Source: Alphaproteobacteria bacterium
GTDB lineage: Bacteria > Pseudomonadota > Alphaproteobacteria > UBA828
Length of the DNA stretch: 64,000 bases
NCBI GenBank assembly: GCA_965237415.1
Contig: CBDEFM010000002.1
Location: 1,984,001 to 2,048,000 of the forward strand
Reading direction: 5' to 3'
The notes under the pieces were generated by a model, which saw only the letters and a program-made list of their open reading frames with translations, did not search any database and had not been told where the DNA came from. The position numbers and the translations under genes are program-made. This document shows positions 11,250 to 24,100 of the stretch, piece after piece. The number at the start of each line of letters is the position of its first letter. Positions within the stretch are counted from its first letter, which is position 1.

Positions 11250-11258
11250 AGTGAAGCC

Positions 11259-12362
11259 ATGGCGTCAATCTCGCTCGCGGGCCTGACCAAGCGCTTCGGC
11301 GACTTGACCGCGGTCGCATCGCTCGATCTTGAGATCGGGGACAAGGAGTTCGTCGCGCTGCTGGGGCCATCGGGCTGCGGCAAGACCACGACGATGAACA
11401 TGATCGCCGGCATCGAGACGCCGTCGGAAGGGCAGATTCTCTTTGACGGCCGCGACATGCGCCAGGTGCCGGCCAACCGGCGCAAGGTCGGGTTCGTGTT
11501 TCAGAATTACGCCATCTTCACCCACCTCTCGGTGCGCAAGAACCTGGCGTTCGGCCTGCAGGTTCGCGGCCTTCCCAAGGCAGATGTCGAGCGTCGCGTC
11601 GCCGCCATGGCTGCGCTCATGCGCCTCGAAGACCGGCTCGACTGGCCCACCGCGAAGCTCAGCGTCAACGAGCTTCAGAAGGTCGCGATCGGCCGCTCGG
11701 CCATCACCGAGCCGGAGATCTTTCTCCTTGACGAGCCGCTGAGCAATCTCGACGCCGCCTTCCGCGCCTTCATGCGCACCGAGCTCAAGCATCTGCAGCA
11801 CCAGTTCCAGCAAACCATGGTCTACGTCACCCACGACCAGATCGAGGCGATGAGCCTAGCCGACAGGATCGCGGTGATGGACCTCGGCGTGCTGCAGCAG
11901 TACGGCTCGCCCATCGAGGTCTACAACGAGCCGTGCAACGTCTTCGTCGCCAACTTCATGGGCAGCCCCAGCATGAACCTGGTACCGTGCGCGCTCACCG
12001 GCGGGGACGGAAGCTACGCGCTCGATTTCGGCGAAGGCGGCACGGCGGCCGTGGAGGACGACGCGCTCAAGCGGCGCTGCAAGACGGCGCGCGACGCGGC
12101 GCTCATCTTCGGCGCCCGGCCCGAGGACCTGGACATCGAGCCGCCGGGCCACACCGGCCCCGGCATCGAGGCGGCCGTCACCTTCGTCGAGCCCATCGGC
12201 CCGCGCACCATCGTTCACCTGGCCGCCGGCGAGCGCCGGATCAAGATCGCCAAGGGCAAGCAGTACGGCATCGAGCTGGGCGCCCGGGTCAAGGCGGTGC
12301 TGCCGCCCGGCAAGTGCCACCTGTTCGACGCCGAAACCGGCGTGGCGCTCGGCGTCGCTTAG
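11259..12362 (+). CDS. MalK-type ABC transporter ATP-binding protein
   Basis: GPSGCGKTT, LLDEPLSNLD, VTHDQIEA, TOBE-like tail; signature degenerate (LSVNELQ). Confidence 0.92.
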   Translation: MASISLAGLTKRFGDLTAVASLDLEIGDKEFVALLGPSGCGKTTTMNMIAGIETPSEGQILFDGRDMRQVPANRRKVGFVFQNYAIFTHLSVRKNLAFGLQVRGLPKADVERRVAAMAALMRLEDRLDWPTAKLSVNELQKVAIGRSAITEPEIFLLDEPLSNLDAAFRAFMRTELKHLQHQFQQTMVYVTHDQIEAMSLADRIAVMDLGVLQQYGSPIEVYNEPCNVFVANFMGSPSMNLVPCALTGGDGSYALDFGEGGTAAVEDDALKRRCKTARDAALIFGARPEDLDIEPPGHTGPGIEAAVTFVEPIGPRTIVHLAAGERRIKIAKGKQYGIELGARVKAVLPPGKCHLFDAETGVALGVA

Positions 12363-12378
12363 CCCGGAATTCTCACCA

Positions 12379-13452
12379 ATGGCACGGCTCGAACTCAGGA
12401 ACGCGAGCAAGTCTTACGGCAAGACCGTCGCCGTGAAGGACATCGACCTCGTCGTCGAGGACAACGAGTTCTTTTGCATCTTCGGCCCGCCGAGCTCGGG
12501 CAAGACGACGATCCTCCGCCTGCTGCTGGGGCTGGTGGCGCCGGACGAGGGCGAGATCACCATCGGCGGCGTGGCCGTGGGCGATCAGGGGCCGAAGGAG
12601 CGCAACCTCGCCATGGTGTTTCAGAACCTGGCGCTCTTCCCGCATATGACCGCCGGCCAGAACCTCGCCTTCCCGCTGGTGGAACGGAAGCTCGAGAAGG
12701 CCGCAGTGATGGAGCGGGTGGCCCAGGTGGCGGAGACCCTGCACATCACGCCGCTGCTCGACAAGCTGCCGGCGCATCTGAGCGGGGGCGAGCGCCAGCG
12801 TGTCGCCATCGGCCGGGCACTGGTGCGCGACCCGGCAGCCTTCCTCATGGACGAGCCGATCGCCGCGCTCGATGCCAGGCTCCGCGAAGAGATGAGGGTC
12901 GAGCTCAAGCGCCTCCAGCGTGAGCTTCACCACACGATCATCTACGTGACCCACGACCAGGAAGAAGCGATGTCGATCGCCGATCGCATTGCCGTGATGG
13001 AGGCGGGTGAAATTCGCCAGATCGGCACGCCGGCCGAAATCTATAACCTGCCCAACAGCCGCTATGTCGCAGAGTTGATCGGCTCCCCGCCCATGAACTT
13101 CATCGATGGCACCCTCGCGGACGGCGGCCGTTTCGAGGGAAGCGACGTGCCGCTCTCGATGTCGCTTGACGGCGCCGAAGGGGCGGGCCCAGCGGCGCTG
13201 GCCGTGCGGCCCGAGGACATCGGGATCGATTCCTCGGGAGCCAATGGCGGGGTCGAGGCTGCCATCTACGAGGTCGAGCCGCTCGGTGCCTTCACCATTG
13301 TGGATGTCAGCGCGGGCGAGCGGATCCTCAAGGTGCAGGCGCCGGGGCAGCCGCACTTCACTCTCGGGGAGCAGGTGCGGCTCGCGCTCGATCCCAACCG
13401 CTGCCACCTGTTCCACGGCGAGACCGGGGCGCTGATCCGCTCAGCCCGCTGA
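12379..13452 (+). CDS. MalK-type ABC transporter ATP-binding protein
   Basis: GPPSSGKTT, LSGGERQRVAIGRA, MDEPIAALD. Confidence 0.92.
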   Translation: MARLELRNASKSYGKTVAVKDIDLVVEDNEFFCIFGPPSSGKTTILRLLLGLVAPDEGEITIGGVAVGDQGPKERNLAMVFQNLALFPHMTAGQNLAFPLVERKLEKAAVMERVAQVAETLHITPLLDKLPAHLSGGERQRVAIGRALVRDPAAFLMDEPIAALDARLREEMRVELKRLQRELHHTIIYVTHDQEEAMSIADRIAVMEAGEIRQIGTPAEIYNLPNSRYVAELIGSPPMNFIDGTLADGGRFEGSDVPLSMSLDGAEGAGPAALAVRPEDIGIDSSGANGGVEAAIYEVEPLGAFTIVDVSAGERILKVQAPGQPHFTLGEQVRLALDPNRCHLFHGETGALIRSAR

Positions 13453-13491
13453 GAGGGGCACCGCCGTTGCGCACGACGGGGCAGCCGCGTT

Positions 13492-13522
13492 AGGGTAGAA
13501 AGCGCAGCTTCGTTTCTACCCT
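13492..13522. promoter_or_regulatory. Putative vapBC operator (10-bp inverted repeat)
   Basis: agggtagaaa-N11-tttctaccct just upstream of the antitoxin RBS/ATG. Confidence 0.6.
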
Positions 13523-13532
13523 TGAGGATACG

Positions 13533-13790
13533 ATGAGCCTCAATATCAAGAACGACGAGACCTGCCGGCTGGCCCGCGAGCTCGCGCAGCTCACCGGCGA
13601 GAGCATGACAGGCGCGATCACCACCGCGCTCCGAGAGCGGCTGGAGCGCGAGAGGCACGCCCGCAGCGTCGAGGCGCGCGCGAAGAAGATACGCGCCATC
13701 GCGGAGCGTTGCGCTCGCAATCTGAAGCCCGGGCCCTCGGCGGTGGAGCACGGCGACCTGCTCTACGACGAGCGGGGCCTGCCGAAGTGA
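13533..13790 (+). CDS. vapB: VapB antitoxin (Rv0623-like)
   Basis: MSLNIKNDETCRLARELAQLTGESMTGAI...LYDERGLPK. Confidence 0.9.
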   Translation: MSLNIKNDETCRLARELAQLTGESMTGAITTALRERLERERHARSVEARAKKIRAIAERCARNLKPGPSAVEHGDLLYDERGLPK

Positions 13791-14173
13791 TCGTCGACAG
13801 TTCGGCTCTCCTAGCCGTTCTCTTTCGCGAGCCAGACGCCGAACGCTACGTGACGGCGCTTGCCGCGGCCCCTGCGTGCCACATGTCGCTGGCCAACGTC
13901 TTCGAGACATCCATCGTGTGGGAAGGTCGCGGCGGCCCGGCGGCGGGCCATGAACTCGACCTTTTCATGGAGCAGGTCGGGATCGAGATGGTTCCGGTGA
14001 CGGCCGACCAGGTCGCCGCCGCTCGCCAGGCCTGGCGACGCTTCGGCAAGGGCAATCATCCGGCGGCGTTAAACTTTGGGGATTGCTTCGCCTATGCCCT
14101 CGCCGCCGTGACCGGCGAGCCGCTTCTGTTCAAGGGCGATGACTTCGGCCTCACCGATATCGAGGCGGTGTAG
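13787..14173 (+). CDS. vapC: VapC PIN-domain toxin
   Basis: VIVDSSALLAVL, HPAALNFGDCFAYALA, LLFKGDDF; GTGA overlap with vapB. Confidence 0.92.
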   Translation: MIVDSSALLAVLFREPDAERYVTALAAAPACHMSLANVFETSIVWEGRGGPAAGHELDLFMEQVGIEMVPVTADQVAAARQAWRRFGKGNHPAALNFGDCFAYALAAVTGEPLLFKGDDFGLTDIEAV

Positions 14174-14182
14174 CCGGAACGC

Positions 14183-15064
14183 CTACATGTTCTGCAACAG
14201 GTGGATCAGGCTGGAGGTATCCCAGCGGTTGCCGCCGCGTTGCTGGACGTGGGCGTAGAACTGATCGACCAGCATCGACATCGGCAGGAGGGCGCCGTTC
14301 TTCTTGCCCTCCTCGAAACACAAGCTCAGGTCCTTGCGCATCCAGTCGACGGCGAAGCCGAACTCGAACTCGCCCCGGAGCATCGTCGAGCCGCGGTTCT
14401 CCATCTGCCAGGACTGCGCTGCGCCCTTGGAGATGACCTCGAGCACGGTCTTGCCGTCGAGCCCGGCGCGCTGAGCGAAATTGAGGGCTTCGGCGAGGCC
14501 CTGAACCACGCCCGCAATGCAGATCTGGTTGACCATCTTGGTGAGCTGGCCGTTCCCCGCCGGCCCCATGTGGGTCACGTTGCGCGCGAACGCATCGATG
14601 ACCGGCTGGGCGCGGCTGTAATCGGCTTCGTCGCCGCCCACCATGACCGTCAACACGCCATTCTCGGCTCCAGCCTGCCCGCCGGAGACCGGCGCGTCGA
14701 GGAAGCCCACGCTGCGTTCCTTGGCTGCGGCATAGACTTCGCGGGCAACAACGGCGGAATCGGTGGTGTGGTCGATGAAAATCGTGCCTTCCGCCATGCC
14801 GGCGAGCGCGCCGTCCTCGCCATAGACCACCGCACGCAGATCGTCGTCGGCGCCGACGCAGGCGAAGACCATCTCCGCGCCTTGGGCGGCGGCGGCAGGG
14901 GTCGCAGCGGCGCGGCCCTGGTTGACCTCATTCCATTGCGCGGCCTTCGCCTCGGTCCGGTTGTAGACGGTGACCTCATGGCCCGCCTTCGCGAGATGGC
15001 CCGCCATCGGGAACCCCATCACGCCGAGCCCGAGAAACGCCACCTTGGTGCCGCCATTACCCAT
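14183..15064 (-). CDS. 3-hydroxyisobutyrate dehydrogenase-family oxidoreductase
   Basis: FLGLGVMGFPMA, DAPVSGG, GQLTKMVNQ. Confidence 0.92.
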   Translation of the reverse strand: MGNGGTKVAFLGLGVMGFPMAGHLAKAGHEVTVYNRTEAKAAQWNEVNQGRAAATPAAAAQGAEMVFACVGADDDLRAVVYGEDGALAGMAEGTIFIDHTTDSAVVAREVYAAAKERSVGFLDAPVSGGQAGAENGVLTVMVGGDEADYSRAQPVIDAFARNVTHMGPAGNGQLTKMVNQICIAGVVQGLAEALNFAQRAGLDGKTVLEVISKGAAQSWQMENRGSTMLRGEFEFGFAVDWMRKDLSLCFEEGKKNGALLPMSMLVDQFYAHVQQRGGNRWDTSSLIHLLQNM

Positions 15065-15155
15065 ACTTGTGTCCTCCCCGCCGGCTTCCTGCGCCGTGGC
15101 GCGGCATCCTAGCGGCGGCTTAGGGGGCGAGCAACGAGACCGCGCAACCCGCCGA

Positions 15156-15169
15156 TTGACGCAGATCAA
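15156..15169. promoter_or_regulatory. FNR/DNR/NnrR-type box upstream of nosR
   Basis: TTGAC-GCAG-ATCAA against consensus TTGAT-N4-ATCAA. Confidence 0.8.
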
Positions 15170-15262
15170 GGCGCTGGCGTATGCGCGCTTCAGACTGGCA
15201 GTGCTCGAGTCTGTCGGCGATTTCATGGGGGCCGCGCGCTCACTCGTCATGACGCCTGTGCC

Positions 15263-17521
15263 ATGACAGCGGTTTCCTTCCCGGGAGCTGCCCGCCCCAG
15301 TGTGGCGGTGCGCCCTATCCGTATCGGCATTGCCGGCGCGGCGGCGCTGCTGTTCCTGCTGCTCCTCGCAGGCGTCGCGCACAACGCCCGCGCCGCCGTC
15401 GATCTCGGAAGCGCACTCGCCACAATCCAGCCCAGCGACCTGGTGCCCGGCGCCGATCGCTTCGGCCCGGTCGAAGGCGCCCCACCCCGCGCGCAGGCGC
15501 TCGAAGGCTCCACGCTTAGGGGCTACGTGTTCCTGAATACCGACGTCGTGGGCGCGGTGGGCTATTCGGGCAAGCCCATCCACCTCCTCATCGGGCTCGA
15601 CACCGAGGGCACGATCGCCGGCGTCGTGCTGCACGAGCACCACGAGCCGATCGTCTTGATCGGCATTCCCGAGCGCAAGGTGAAGAGCTTCATCGCCGGC
15701 TACGTCGGGCGCAACGTCCGCGAGTTTCTCGAGGAGCGGGACGCCGACGATCGTTCGCTCGACATCATCGCCGGCGCCACGGTCACAATCCTGGTGATCG
15801 ACGATGCGATCCGCCGTGCGTCGGTCAGGATGGCTCGCGCGCTGGGCCTCGCCGGGCTCGGCACGGAGCAGGCGTCCCGCGCGCAGCCACGGGGCGAGGT
15901 CGACACCGCGCAAGAGGGCGTGGACGACTGGATGACTCTGATCGGCGATGGCTCGGTGCGCCGACTCAGCCTCAGCGTCGGCGACGTGACCGGCGACTTC
16001 GCGGCTGCGGGCAAGGAGAAAGCCGCTGCCCGGCCCGAGAGCGACGTCCCGGAAGAGCGCTTCATCGATCTCTACGCGGCGCTGGTCAGCGTCCCCGTCA
16101 TCGGTCGCAGCCTGCTCGGCGATGCCGAGTACGAGAGCCTCCGCGCCCGCCTGGAGCCCGGCCAGCATGCATTGCTGATCGCCGCCAATGGCCTCTATTC
16201 GTTCAAGGGCTCGGGCTTCGTCCGCGGCGGCATCTTCGACCGCATCCAGCTCGCCCAGGGCGAAGGCAGCGTTCGCTTCCGCGACCGCCACTACAAGCAC
16301 TTGGGCGAGGTGGCGGCAGACCTCGCGCAGCCCTTTGCCGAGATCGGTCTCTTCGTCGTGCCGGGCGATGCCGGGTTCGACCCTGCCGCGCCTTGGACGC
16401 TCCAGCTCCTGGTGCAACGCGCGATCGGCGCGCTCGACAAGGATTTCCTGCTCTACGAGATCTCCTACACCCTGCCTGAACGGTATCTGAAGCCGCTGCC
16501 CGCGCCGCCGGTGGCGGCCGGGGCCGCCGGCGCAGGCTTTGCAGAACCGGAGGCGGCGCCGGAACTCTGGCCGCGGATCTGGGAAGACCGGATCGTCGAC
16601 GTGGCGGTGCTGGGCGCGGCCTTGATCGCGCTCACCCTGATCTTCTTCTTCCAGGACTGGTTCGCACGCCGGCCGAAGCTCGCGACGGCCGTGCGGGTGG
16701 GCTTTCTGCTCTTCATCGTGGCCTGGCTCGGCGGCTTCGCCCAAGCGCAGCTCTCGGTGGTCAACGTGCTGACCTTCGGCAACGCGCTGATCACCGATTT
16801 CCGCTGGAGCTACTTCCTGATGGACCCGCTGATCTTCCTGCTCTGGTGCAGCACCGCGATCGCGCTGATCTTCTGGGGCCGGGGTGTGTTCTGCGGCTGG
16901 CTCTGCCCCTTCGGCGCGCTTCAGGAGCTGCTCAACAAGGCGGCGCGGCTCGCGCGCGTGCCGCAGGTGACCCTGCCCTGGGGCCTGCACGAGCGGCTCT
17001 GGCCGGTCAAATATGTGATCTTCATCGGCATCTTCGGGGTCTCGTTTCACGACCTCGCCTTTGCCGAGCGGCTGGCAGAGGTCGAACCCTTCAAGACCAC
17101 GGTGATCCTGCGCTTCGCCCACGATTGGCCGTTCGTGGCCTGGGCCGGCGTGATGCTCGGCACCGGGCTCTTCATCGAGCGCTTCTTCTGCCGCTACATC
17201 TGCCCGTTGGGAGCAGCACTCGCGATCCCCGGCAAGATCAGGATCATGGAGTGGCTGCGCCGCCACAAGGAGTGCGGCGCGCCCTGCCATCGCTGCGCCC
17301 AGGAATGCATGGTGCAGGCGATCCATCCGGACGGGCACATCAACCCGAACGAGTGCCTCTACTGCCTGCATTGCCAGCAGGTCTACCACGACGAGCACCG
17401 CTGCCCGCCGATGATCCAGCGCCGCCTCAGGCGCGAGCGCCGCCGGACGCGGGCGTCGGCGAACATCACGATCCCACCTGCCGCTCCCGCAGGCCCATCC
17501 GGCACAGCAACGAGTCCCTGA
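15263..17521 (+). CDS. nosR: NosR FMN/Fe-S membrane protein
   Basis: GYSGKPI, FMN site [23 protein letters not shown]-terminal ferredoxin cysteines. Confidence 0.96.
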   Translation: MTAVSFPGAARPSVAVRPIRIGIAGAAALLFLLLLAGVAHNARAAVDLGSALATIQPSDLVPGADRFGPVEGAPPRAQALEGSTLRGYVFLNTDVVGAVGYSGKPIHLLIGLDTEGTIAGVVLHEHHEPIVLIGIPERKVKSFIAGYVGRNVREFLEERDADDRSLDIIAGATVTILVIDDAIRRASVRMARALGLAGLGTEQASRAQPRGEVDTAQEGVDDWMTLIGDGSVRRLSLSVGDVTGDFAAAGKEKAAARPESDVPEERFIDLYAALVSVPVIGRSLLGDAEYESLRARLEPGQHALLIAANGLYSFKGSGFVRGGIFDRIQLAQGEGSVRFRDRHYKHLGEVAADLAQPFAEIGLFVVPGDAGFDPAAPWTLQLLVQRAIGALDKDFLLYEISYTLPERYLKPLPAPPVAAGAAGAGFAEPEAAPELWPRIWEDRIVDVAVLGAALIALTLIFFFQDWFARRPKLATAVRVGFLLFIVAWLGGFAQAQLSVVNVLTFGNALITDFRWSYFLMDPLIFLLWCSTAIALIFWGRGVFCGWLCPFGALQELLNKAARLARVPQVTLPWGLHERLWPVKYVIFIGIFGVSFHDLAFAERLAEVEPFKTTVILRFAHDWPFVAWAGVMLGTGLFIERFFCRYICPLGAALAIPGKIRIMEWLRRHKECGAPCHRCAQECMVQAIHPDGHINPNECLYCLHCQQVYHDEHRCPPMIQRRLRRERRRTRASANITIPPAAPAGPSGTATSP

Positions 17522-17544
17522 TGCCAAGCAATGAGGAGAAAGCC

Positions 17545-19476
17545 ATGTCGAAGAAGAAGCACGATGCACCGGAGCAAACCGGCGTCACCCGCCGCGAGCT
17601 GATCGGCAACACGGCGAAGATCGCCACCGTCGGCGGGGTGGTCGCCGCCGGAGTCGCCGGGGTAACTCCCGCCGACCCGCCGCGCGAGGCGCACGCCGCG
17701 ACTGAGGCTGGCTCCGCCCACGTGGGGCCCGGCCAGCTCGACGAATATTACGGTTTCTGGTCGAGCGGCCAGGCCGGCGAGGTGCGCGTCTTTGGCGTGC
17801 CCTCCATGCGTGAGCTCCTCCGCATCCCGGTGTTCAACCGCTGCAGCGCCACGGGCTGGGGGCTCACCAACGAGAGCCGCAAGATCATGACCGAAGGGCT
17901 CACACCAGAGACCCGAAAGTTTCTCGAATCCCGCGGGGGCATCTACACCAATGGCGACGCGCACCACCCGCATATGTCGTTCACCGACGGCACGTACGAC
18001 GGGCGCTATCTCTGGATCAACGACAAGGCAAACACGCGCGTCGCCCGGATTCGCTGCGACGTGATGAAGGTCGACAAGATCGTGGAGATCCCCAACGCCA
18101 ATGACATCCACGGCTTGAGACCGCAGAAATATCCGCGCACCGGCTACGTGTTCTGCAACGGCGAGCACGAGATTCCGCTCCCCAACGACGGCTCCGTGCT
18201 CAATGACCCGTCGCAGTACATCGCGATCTTCACGGCGCTCGACGGCGACACGATGGAGGTAGCCTGGCAGGTGATCGTCGACGGCAACCTCGACAACGTC
18301 GATGCCGACTATCAGGGCAAGTACGCGGTCTCCACCTGCTACAACTCCGAGATGGGCATGAACCTGGAGGAGATGACCGCGTCCGAGCAGGACTGGGCCG
18401 TCGTCTTCAACATCGCCCGCATCGAGCAGGGGGTGAAGGACGGCGACTACACGATGCACGGCGGCGTCAAGGTGCTCGACGGCCGCAAGGGCTCGCCCTA
18501 CACCCGCTACATCCCGATCTCCACCAGCCCGCACGGCGTCAACTCGGCACCCGACGGCAACCACATCGTCATCAACGGCAAGCTCTCGCCGACCGTCTCG
18601 GTCATCGACGTGCGTCGCCTCGATGACCTGTTCGCAGACAAGATCGCGCCGCGCGACGTGATCGTCGCCGAGCCCGAGCTCGGCCTCGGGCCGCTCCACA
18701 CCGCCTTCGACGGGCGTGGCAACTGCTTCACCACGCTCTTCCTCGACAGCCAGATCTGCAAGTGGAGCCTTGACGACGCCATCCGTCAGTACAACGGCGA
18801 GCAGGTGGACCCGATCATCGATAAGATCGACGTCCACTACCAGCCGGGGCACAACCATACCTCCATGGGCGAGACCAAGGAGGCGGACGGCAAGTGGCTG
18901 GTCTCGCTCAACAAGTTCTCGAAGGACCGGTTCATCAATGTGGGCCCGCTCAAGCCCGAATGCGAGCAGCTCATCGACATTTCGGGTGACAAGATGCAGC
19001 TGGTCCATGACGGCCCCGCCTTCTCCGAGCCCCACGACTGCATCATCGTTCATCGGACCAAGGTGAACCCGAAGCAGATCTGGGACCGCGAAGACCCGAC
19101 CTGGGAAGAGGCGCGCCAATGGGCGGCGAAAGACGGCGTCGATCTCGACTGGGGCGAGGACGTGATCCGCGACGGCAACAAGGTGCGCGTCTACATGTAC
19201 TCGATCGCGCCCGCCTTCAGCCTCGAGAGCTTTGAGGTGAACGAGGGCGACGAGGTCACCGTCTTCATCACCAACCAGGACGATATCGACGACCTCACCC
19301 ACGGCTGGTCCCTTTCCAACTACGGGGTGGCGATGGAGGTGTCGCCGCAGGCGACAGCTTCGGTAACCTTCACCGCCGACCGGCCGGGCGTCCACTGGTT
19401 CTATTGCCAGTGGTTCTGCCATGCGCTTCACATGGAGATGCGGGGGCGCATGTTCGTGAAGCCGAAGACCGCCTGA
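17545..19476 (+). CDS. nosZ: Nitrous-oxide reductase, clade I (Tat-exported)
   Basis: Tat motif TRRELIG; CuZ histidines DAHHPH, DIHG, PHG, GPLH, EPHD; CuA motif [12 protein letters not shown]; RBS gaggag. Confidence 0.99.
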   Translation: MSKKKHDAPEQTGVTRRELIGNTAKIATVGGVVAAGVAGVTPADPPREAHAATEAGSAHVGPGQLDEYYGFWSSGQAGEVRVFGVPSMRELLRIPVFNRCSATGWGLTNESRKIMTEGLTPETRKFLESRGGIYTNGDAHHPHMSFTDGTYDGRYLWINDKANTRVARIRCDVMKVDKIVEIPNANDIHGLRPQKYPRTGYVFCNGEHEIPLPNDGSVLNDPSQYIAIFTALDGDTMEVAWQVIVDGNLDNVDADYQGKYAVSTCYNSEMGMNLEEMTASEQDWAVVFNIARIEQGVKDGDYTMHGGVKVLDGRKGSPYTRYIPISTSPHGVNSAPDGNHIVINGKLSPTVSVIDVRRLDDLFADKIAPRDVIVAEPELGLGPLHTAFDGRGNCFTTLFLDSQICKWSLDDAIRQYNGEQVDPIIDKIDVHYQPGHNHTSMGETKEADGKWLVSLNKFSKDRFINVGPLKPECEQLIDISGDKMQLVHDGPAFSEPHDCIIVHRTKVNPKQIWDREDPTWEEARQWAAKDGVDLDWGEDVIRDGNKVRVYMYSIAPAFSLESFEVNEGDEVTVFITNQDDIDDLTHGWSLSNYGVAMEVSPQATASVTFTADRPGVHWFYCQWFCHALHMEMRGRMFVKPKTA

Positions 19477-20743
19477 TGCGGCTGCGGCGCGCGGCGATTG
19501 CCCTCGGCGCGGCGGTGGCGTTGCTCGCCGCCGCAGGCGAGGTGCGCGCCGCGCCTGCCGCCGTCATCGCGGTCGCTCCCGGCGAGGGGACGCTGCAGGC
19601 AGCGCTGGATACGGCTCCGCCCGGCGCGGTGCTCAGGCTGGCGCCGGGGATCTATCCGGGGTCGGTTACCATCGACCGGCCCCTCACGCTGGAGGGTGCG
19701 CCCGGCGCCATCCTCGACGGCGGCGGGCGGGGCCGGGTGCTCAGCGTCGCCGCGCCCGACGTGGTGGTGCGCGGGCTCATCGTCCGCAACTCGGGCCTCA
19801 GCCTCGCCGAGACCGACGCCGGTATCTTTCTCGACAAGCCTGCACGAGGCGCGCTGATCGAAGGCAATCGGCTGGAGAACAACCTGTTCGGCATCTATCT
19901 GCATGGCGCCAGGAACGCGCTGGTGCGGGGCAACGAGGTAATCGGGAACCGCAGCTTGCGCATGAGCGAGCGGGGCAACGGCATTCATCTGTGGGCGGCC
20001 AAGGGCTCGGTGGTCGAGGGCAACACCGTGCGCTACGGCCGCGACGGCATTTTCGTCACCACCAGCCGGAACAACGCATTTCGCAACAACAGCTTCAGCG
20101 ATCTCCGCTTCGCCATTCACTACATGTACACACACGACAGCGAGGTCAGCGGCAACGTCTCCCGCGACAACCACGTGGGCTACGCGCTGATGTATTCGGA
20201 TCGCCTGCGCGTGCTCGCTAACCGCTCCACAGGCGACCGCGACCACGGGTTTCTCTTCAACTTCACCAACAAGTCGCGCATCGAGGGCAACCTCGTGCGC
20301 GCCGGCCGCACAAAGTGCGTCTTCCTCTACAACGCGAACCGCAATGCGATCAGCGGCAACCTCTTCGAGGGCTGCGCCATCGGCATCCACTTCACCGCCG
20401 GTTCCGAAGGCAACGTCATCGCGGGCAACGGCTTCATCGGCAACGCGACGCAGGTGAAGTATGTCGGCACCCGCCACGTCGAGTGGTCCGACGACGGCGT
20501 CGGCAATTACTGGAGCGACAATCCCGGCTTCGACCTCGATGGCGACGGCATCGGCGACGTGCCCTACAGGCCCAACGACCTCGTGGATCAGGTGGTCTGG
20601 CGCCACCCGCTGGCCAAGCTGCTGCTCACCAGCCCGTCCGTGCGCATCTTGCGCTGGGCCCATGACCGCTTCCCCTCCGTCTATCCGGGCGGCGTGATCG
20701 ATTCCGCACCGCTCATGCGCCCGCCTGACCTCGGGGCCGGGTA

Positions 20744-20744
<1 letters not shown>
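19476..20744 (+). CDS. nosD: NosD copper-maturation protein
   Basis: RGNGIHLW, RFAIHYMY, GNYWSD, DGDGIGDVPYRPN. Confidence 0.96.
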
Positions 20745-21666
<922 letters not shown>

Positions 21667-21670
<4 letters not shown>

Positions 21671-22494
21671 CGGCGGTCGCCGCCATCGCCGGACGCGAGG
21701 TCCTGGCCGGCATCCGCAACCGCTGGATGCTCGCCGCCTCCCTGCTGCTCGGCGTGCTGGCGCTGACGCTGGCGTTTGTCGGCAGTACCCCGGCCGGGCC
21801 GGTCGCGGCGTCGCGTCTCGCGATCACCGTGGTGAGCCTTTCGAGCCTTTCGATCTTTCTTGTGCCGCTCATCGGGCTGCTGGTGAGCTACGACGCGCTT
21901 GTGGGTGAGATCGAGCGCGGCACGATGCCGCTCCTGATGACGTACCCGGTCACCCGCTGGCGGATCGTGCTTGGCAAGTTCGCTGGCCAGGTGGCCATCC
22001 TCGCCATCGCCACCGTGATCGGCTTCGGCGTCGCCGCGCTCATCACGGGCCTTGGCGAAGGCGGCGATGCCGAGGCCTGGCGTGCCTTCGGGGTCATGGT
22101 GGGCGGCTCGATCCTGCTGGGCGCCGCCTTCATCGCGCTCGGCACGCTTTTCAGCGCCGTGGTGGCGGAGCGCGGCACGGCGGCCGGGATCTCGGTGGCG
22201 GCATGGCTGGTCTTCGTGGTGCTCTTCGACATGGCGCTGCTCGCTATTCTCGTCGCGGACGAGGGACAGGTCGTCTCCGGCGATCTCTTCCGCGTGCTGC
22301 TTCTGCTCAACCCGACCGACGTCTACCGCATGCTGACGCTTTCCGGCTCCGAGACTGTGGGGGCGCTCTCAGGCATGGCAGGGGTGAGCGCCGAGGCCGC
22401 ATTCGGCCATGCGCTGCTGCTGCCGGTCATGGTGCTCTGGATCGCGGCGCCCCTCGCCCTCGCGGGCCTTCTGTTCGGGAGGAAGGAACTGTGA
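21667..22494 (+). CDS. nosY: NosY ABC permease
   Basis: IRNRW, GEIERGT, LLNPTDVYR; multiple TM helices. Confidence 0.94.
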
Positions 22495-23039
22495 GGCGCG
22501 CACTCGCCCTGCTGGCGGTCGCTCTCTTCGCGCTGTCGGGCGCTGCCGGCTGCGGCGGGGAGGACGAGGTGGTGGCCAAGCCGGCGCCGGTGGAGCCCAC
22601 CCGCGAGGCCTCCGGCCGCTACTGCGGTATGATCCTGCTCGATCACAGCGGGCCCAAGGCCCAGGTTCATCTGCCCGACGAGCCCGAGCCGGTGTGGTTC
22701 TCCTCGGTGCGCGATGCCATCGCCTTCAACATGCTGCCCGAGGAGCCGCGGAACTTCACAGCCATGTACGTCAACGACATGGGCGTGGCTCAGTGGGACG
22801 TGCCCGAGCCTGGCACCTGGATCGATGCGGCGGGGGCCCTTTACGTGATCGGGAGCGACCGGATGGGCGGCATGGGCGTGCCCGAGGCGGTGCCGTTCGC
22901 GGCGCGCGATGCGGCCGAGCGTTTCGTGACAGAGCACGGCGGGCGCATCGTCGCGCTGACGGATGTGCCGGAGAGCTATATCTTCGCCTACGCAGACGAG
23001 GCCGACGCGACGATGCCGGAGCACGGGGACAATCAATGA
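22491..23039 (+). CDS. nosL: NosL copper chaperone lipoprotein
   Basis: Lipobox AAGC, YCGM...HSGPKAQ, GGMGVPEAVPF. Confidence 0.94.
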   Translation: MRRALALLAVALFALSGAAGCGGEDEVVAKPAPVEPTREASGRYCGMILLDHSGPKAQVHLPDEPEPVWFSSVRDAIAFNMLPEEPRNFTAMYVNDMGVAQWDVPEPGTWIDAAGALYVIGSDRMGGMGVPEAVPFAARDAAERFVTEHGGRIVALTDVPESYIFAYADEADATMPEHGDNQ

Positions 23040-24061
23040 ATCGGTGGCCCGGTGCCGCGCCGACGCGGCGGCGCTTCATCGCCATTGCGGCAGCGGCGGC
23101 CGGCCTGCCGCTCGCGGCGGTCGGGGCGGCCGGGGCGGAGACGGCGCATCTACACCGCTGGTCCGGCATCGCGTTGGGAGCGGCGGCCCAGATCGTCCTG
23201 CACGACCCGGACGGTGCCCGCGCGCGCCGGCTGATCGCGCGCTGCGTCGCCGAGATCGACCGGATGGAGGACGTGTTCAGCCTGTACCGGCCCGAGAGCG
23301 CGATCTGCCGGCTCAACCGGCACGGACGGCTTGCGGCGCCGCCTCTGGAACTGGTCGCGTTGCTGGCGGAGGCCCGCTCCTACTCGGAGCGGACGGAGGG
23401 CGCCTTCGACGTGACCGTGCAACCGCTCTGGCGCCTCTATGCCGCGCATTTTTCCCGTCCCGGTGCCGATCCGCGCGGGCCGGCCGAGGCCGATCTCGCA
23501 CAGGCGCAGGCGCTTGTTGACTACAGGGCCGTGGAGATTGAGCCTTCGGAGGTCCGCTTCGCCCGGCCGCACATGGCGATCACCCTCAACGGCATCGCCC
23601 AGGGCTACATTACCGACCGCGTGGCGGCCCTCCTCGAAGGCGCCGGCATGGGCGACGTACTGCTCGACATCGGCGAATGCCGGGCGCTCGGCCGTCATCC
23701 CGATGGGCGCCCCTGGCGGGTCGGCCTCCGCCGGGCGGCGGAGCCGGAGACGATCGCCCGCACCATCGCCCTTGCCGACCGTGCCGTCGCCACCTCGGCC
23801 GGCATCGCCAGCCCGTTCGAGCCGAGCGGCCGCCACCACCACCTGTTCGACCCCGCGACCGGCAGGCCGGCACCGGGCGCCGGGCAGGTCTCGGTGATCG
23901 CGCCCCGCGCCACTATGGCCGACGCGCTCTCCACAGCGTTCGCCGTGTCCCCGCCCGCGCGCGCCGCCGCGTATGCGGCCCGCTTCCCAGATATAACCGT
24001 GCTGACCGACACGGCGAGCCAACCGTCGTGGCGGCTCCCCTCCGTCGCACAGCTTGGTTAG
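23036..24061 (+). CDS. nosX: NosX/ApbE FAD:protein FMN transferase
   Basis: Tat motif [37 protein letters not shown]. Confidence 0.93.
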   Translation: MNRWPGAAPTRRRFIAIAAAAAGLPLAAVGAAGAETAHLHRWSGIALGAAAQIVLHDPDGARARRLIARCVAEIDRMEDVFSLYRPESAICRLNRHGRLAAPPLELVALLAEARSYSERTEGAFDVTVQPLWRLYAAHFSRPGADPRGPAEADLAQAQALVDYRAVEIEPSEVRFARPHMAITLNGIAQGYITDRVAALLEGAGMGDVLLDIGECRALGRHPDGRPWRVGLRRAAEPETIARTIALADRAVATSAGIASPFEPSGRHHHLFDPATGRPAPGAGQVSVIAPRATMADALSTAFAVSPPARAAAYAARFPDITVLTDTASQPSWRLPSVAQLG

Positions 24062-24100
24062 GATGCGCCCCGACTCCTCTTGCCGTTGAGCGGGCGCCCG

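Noticed and set aside
14183-17569. 1128-aa minus-strand ORF suggesting a giant dehydrogenase fusion
   Set aside because: Only 14183-15064 is a real gene; the rest is the stop-poor antisense of nosR, as expected at high GC.
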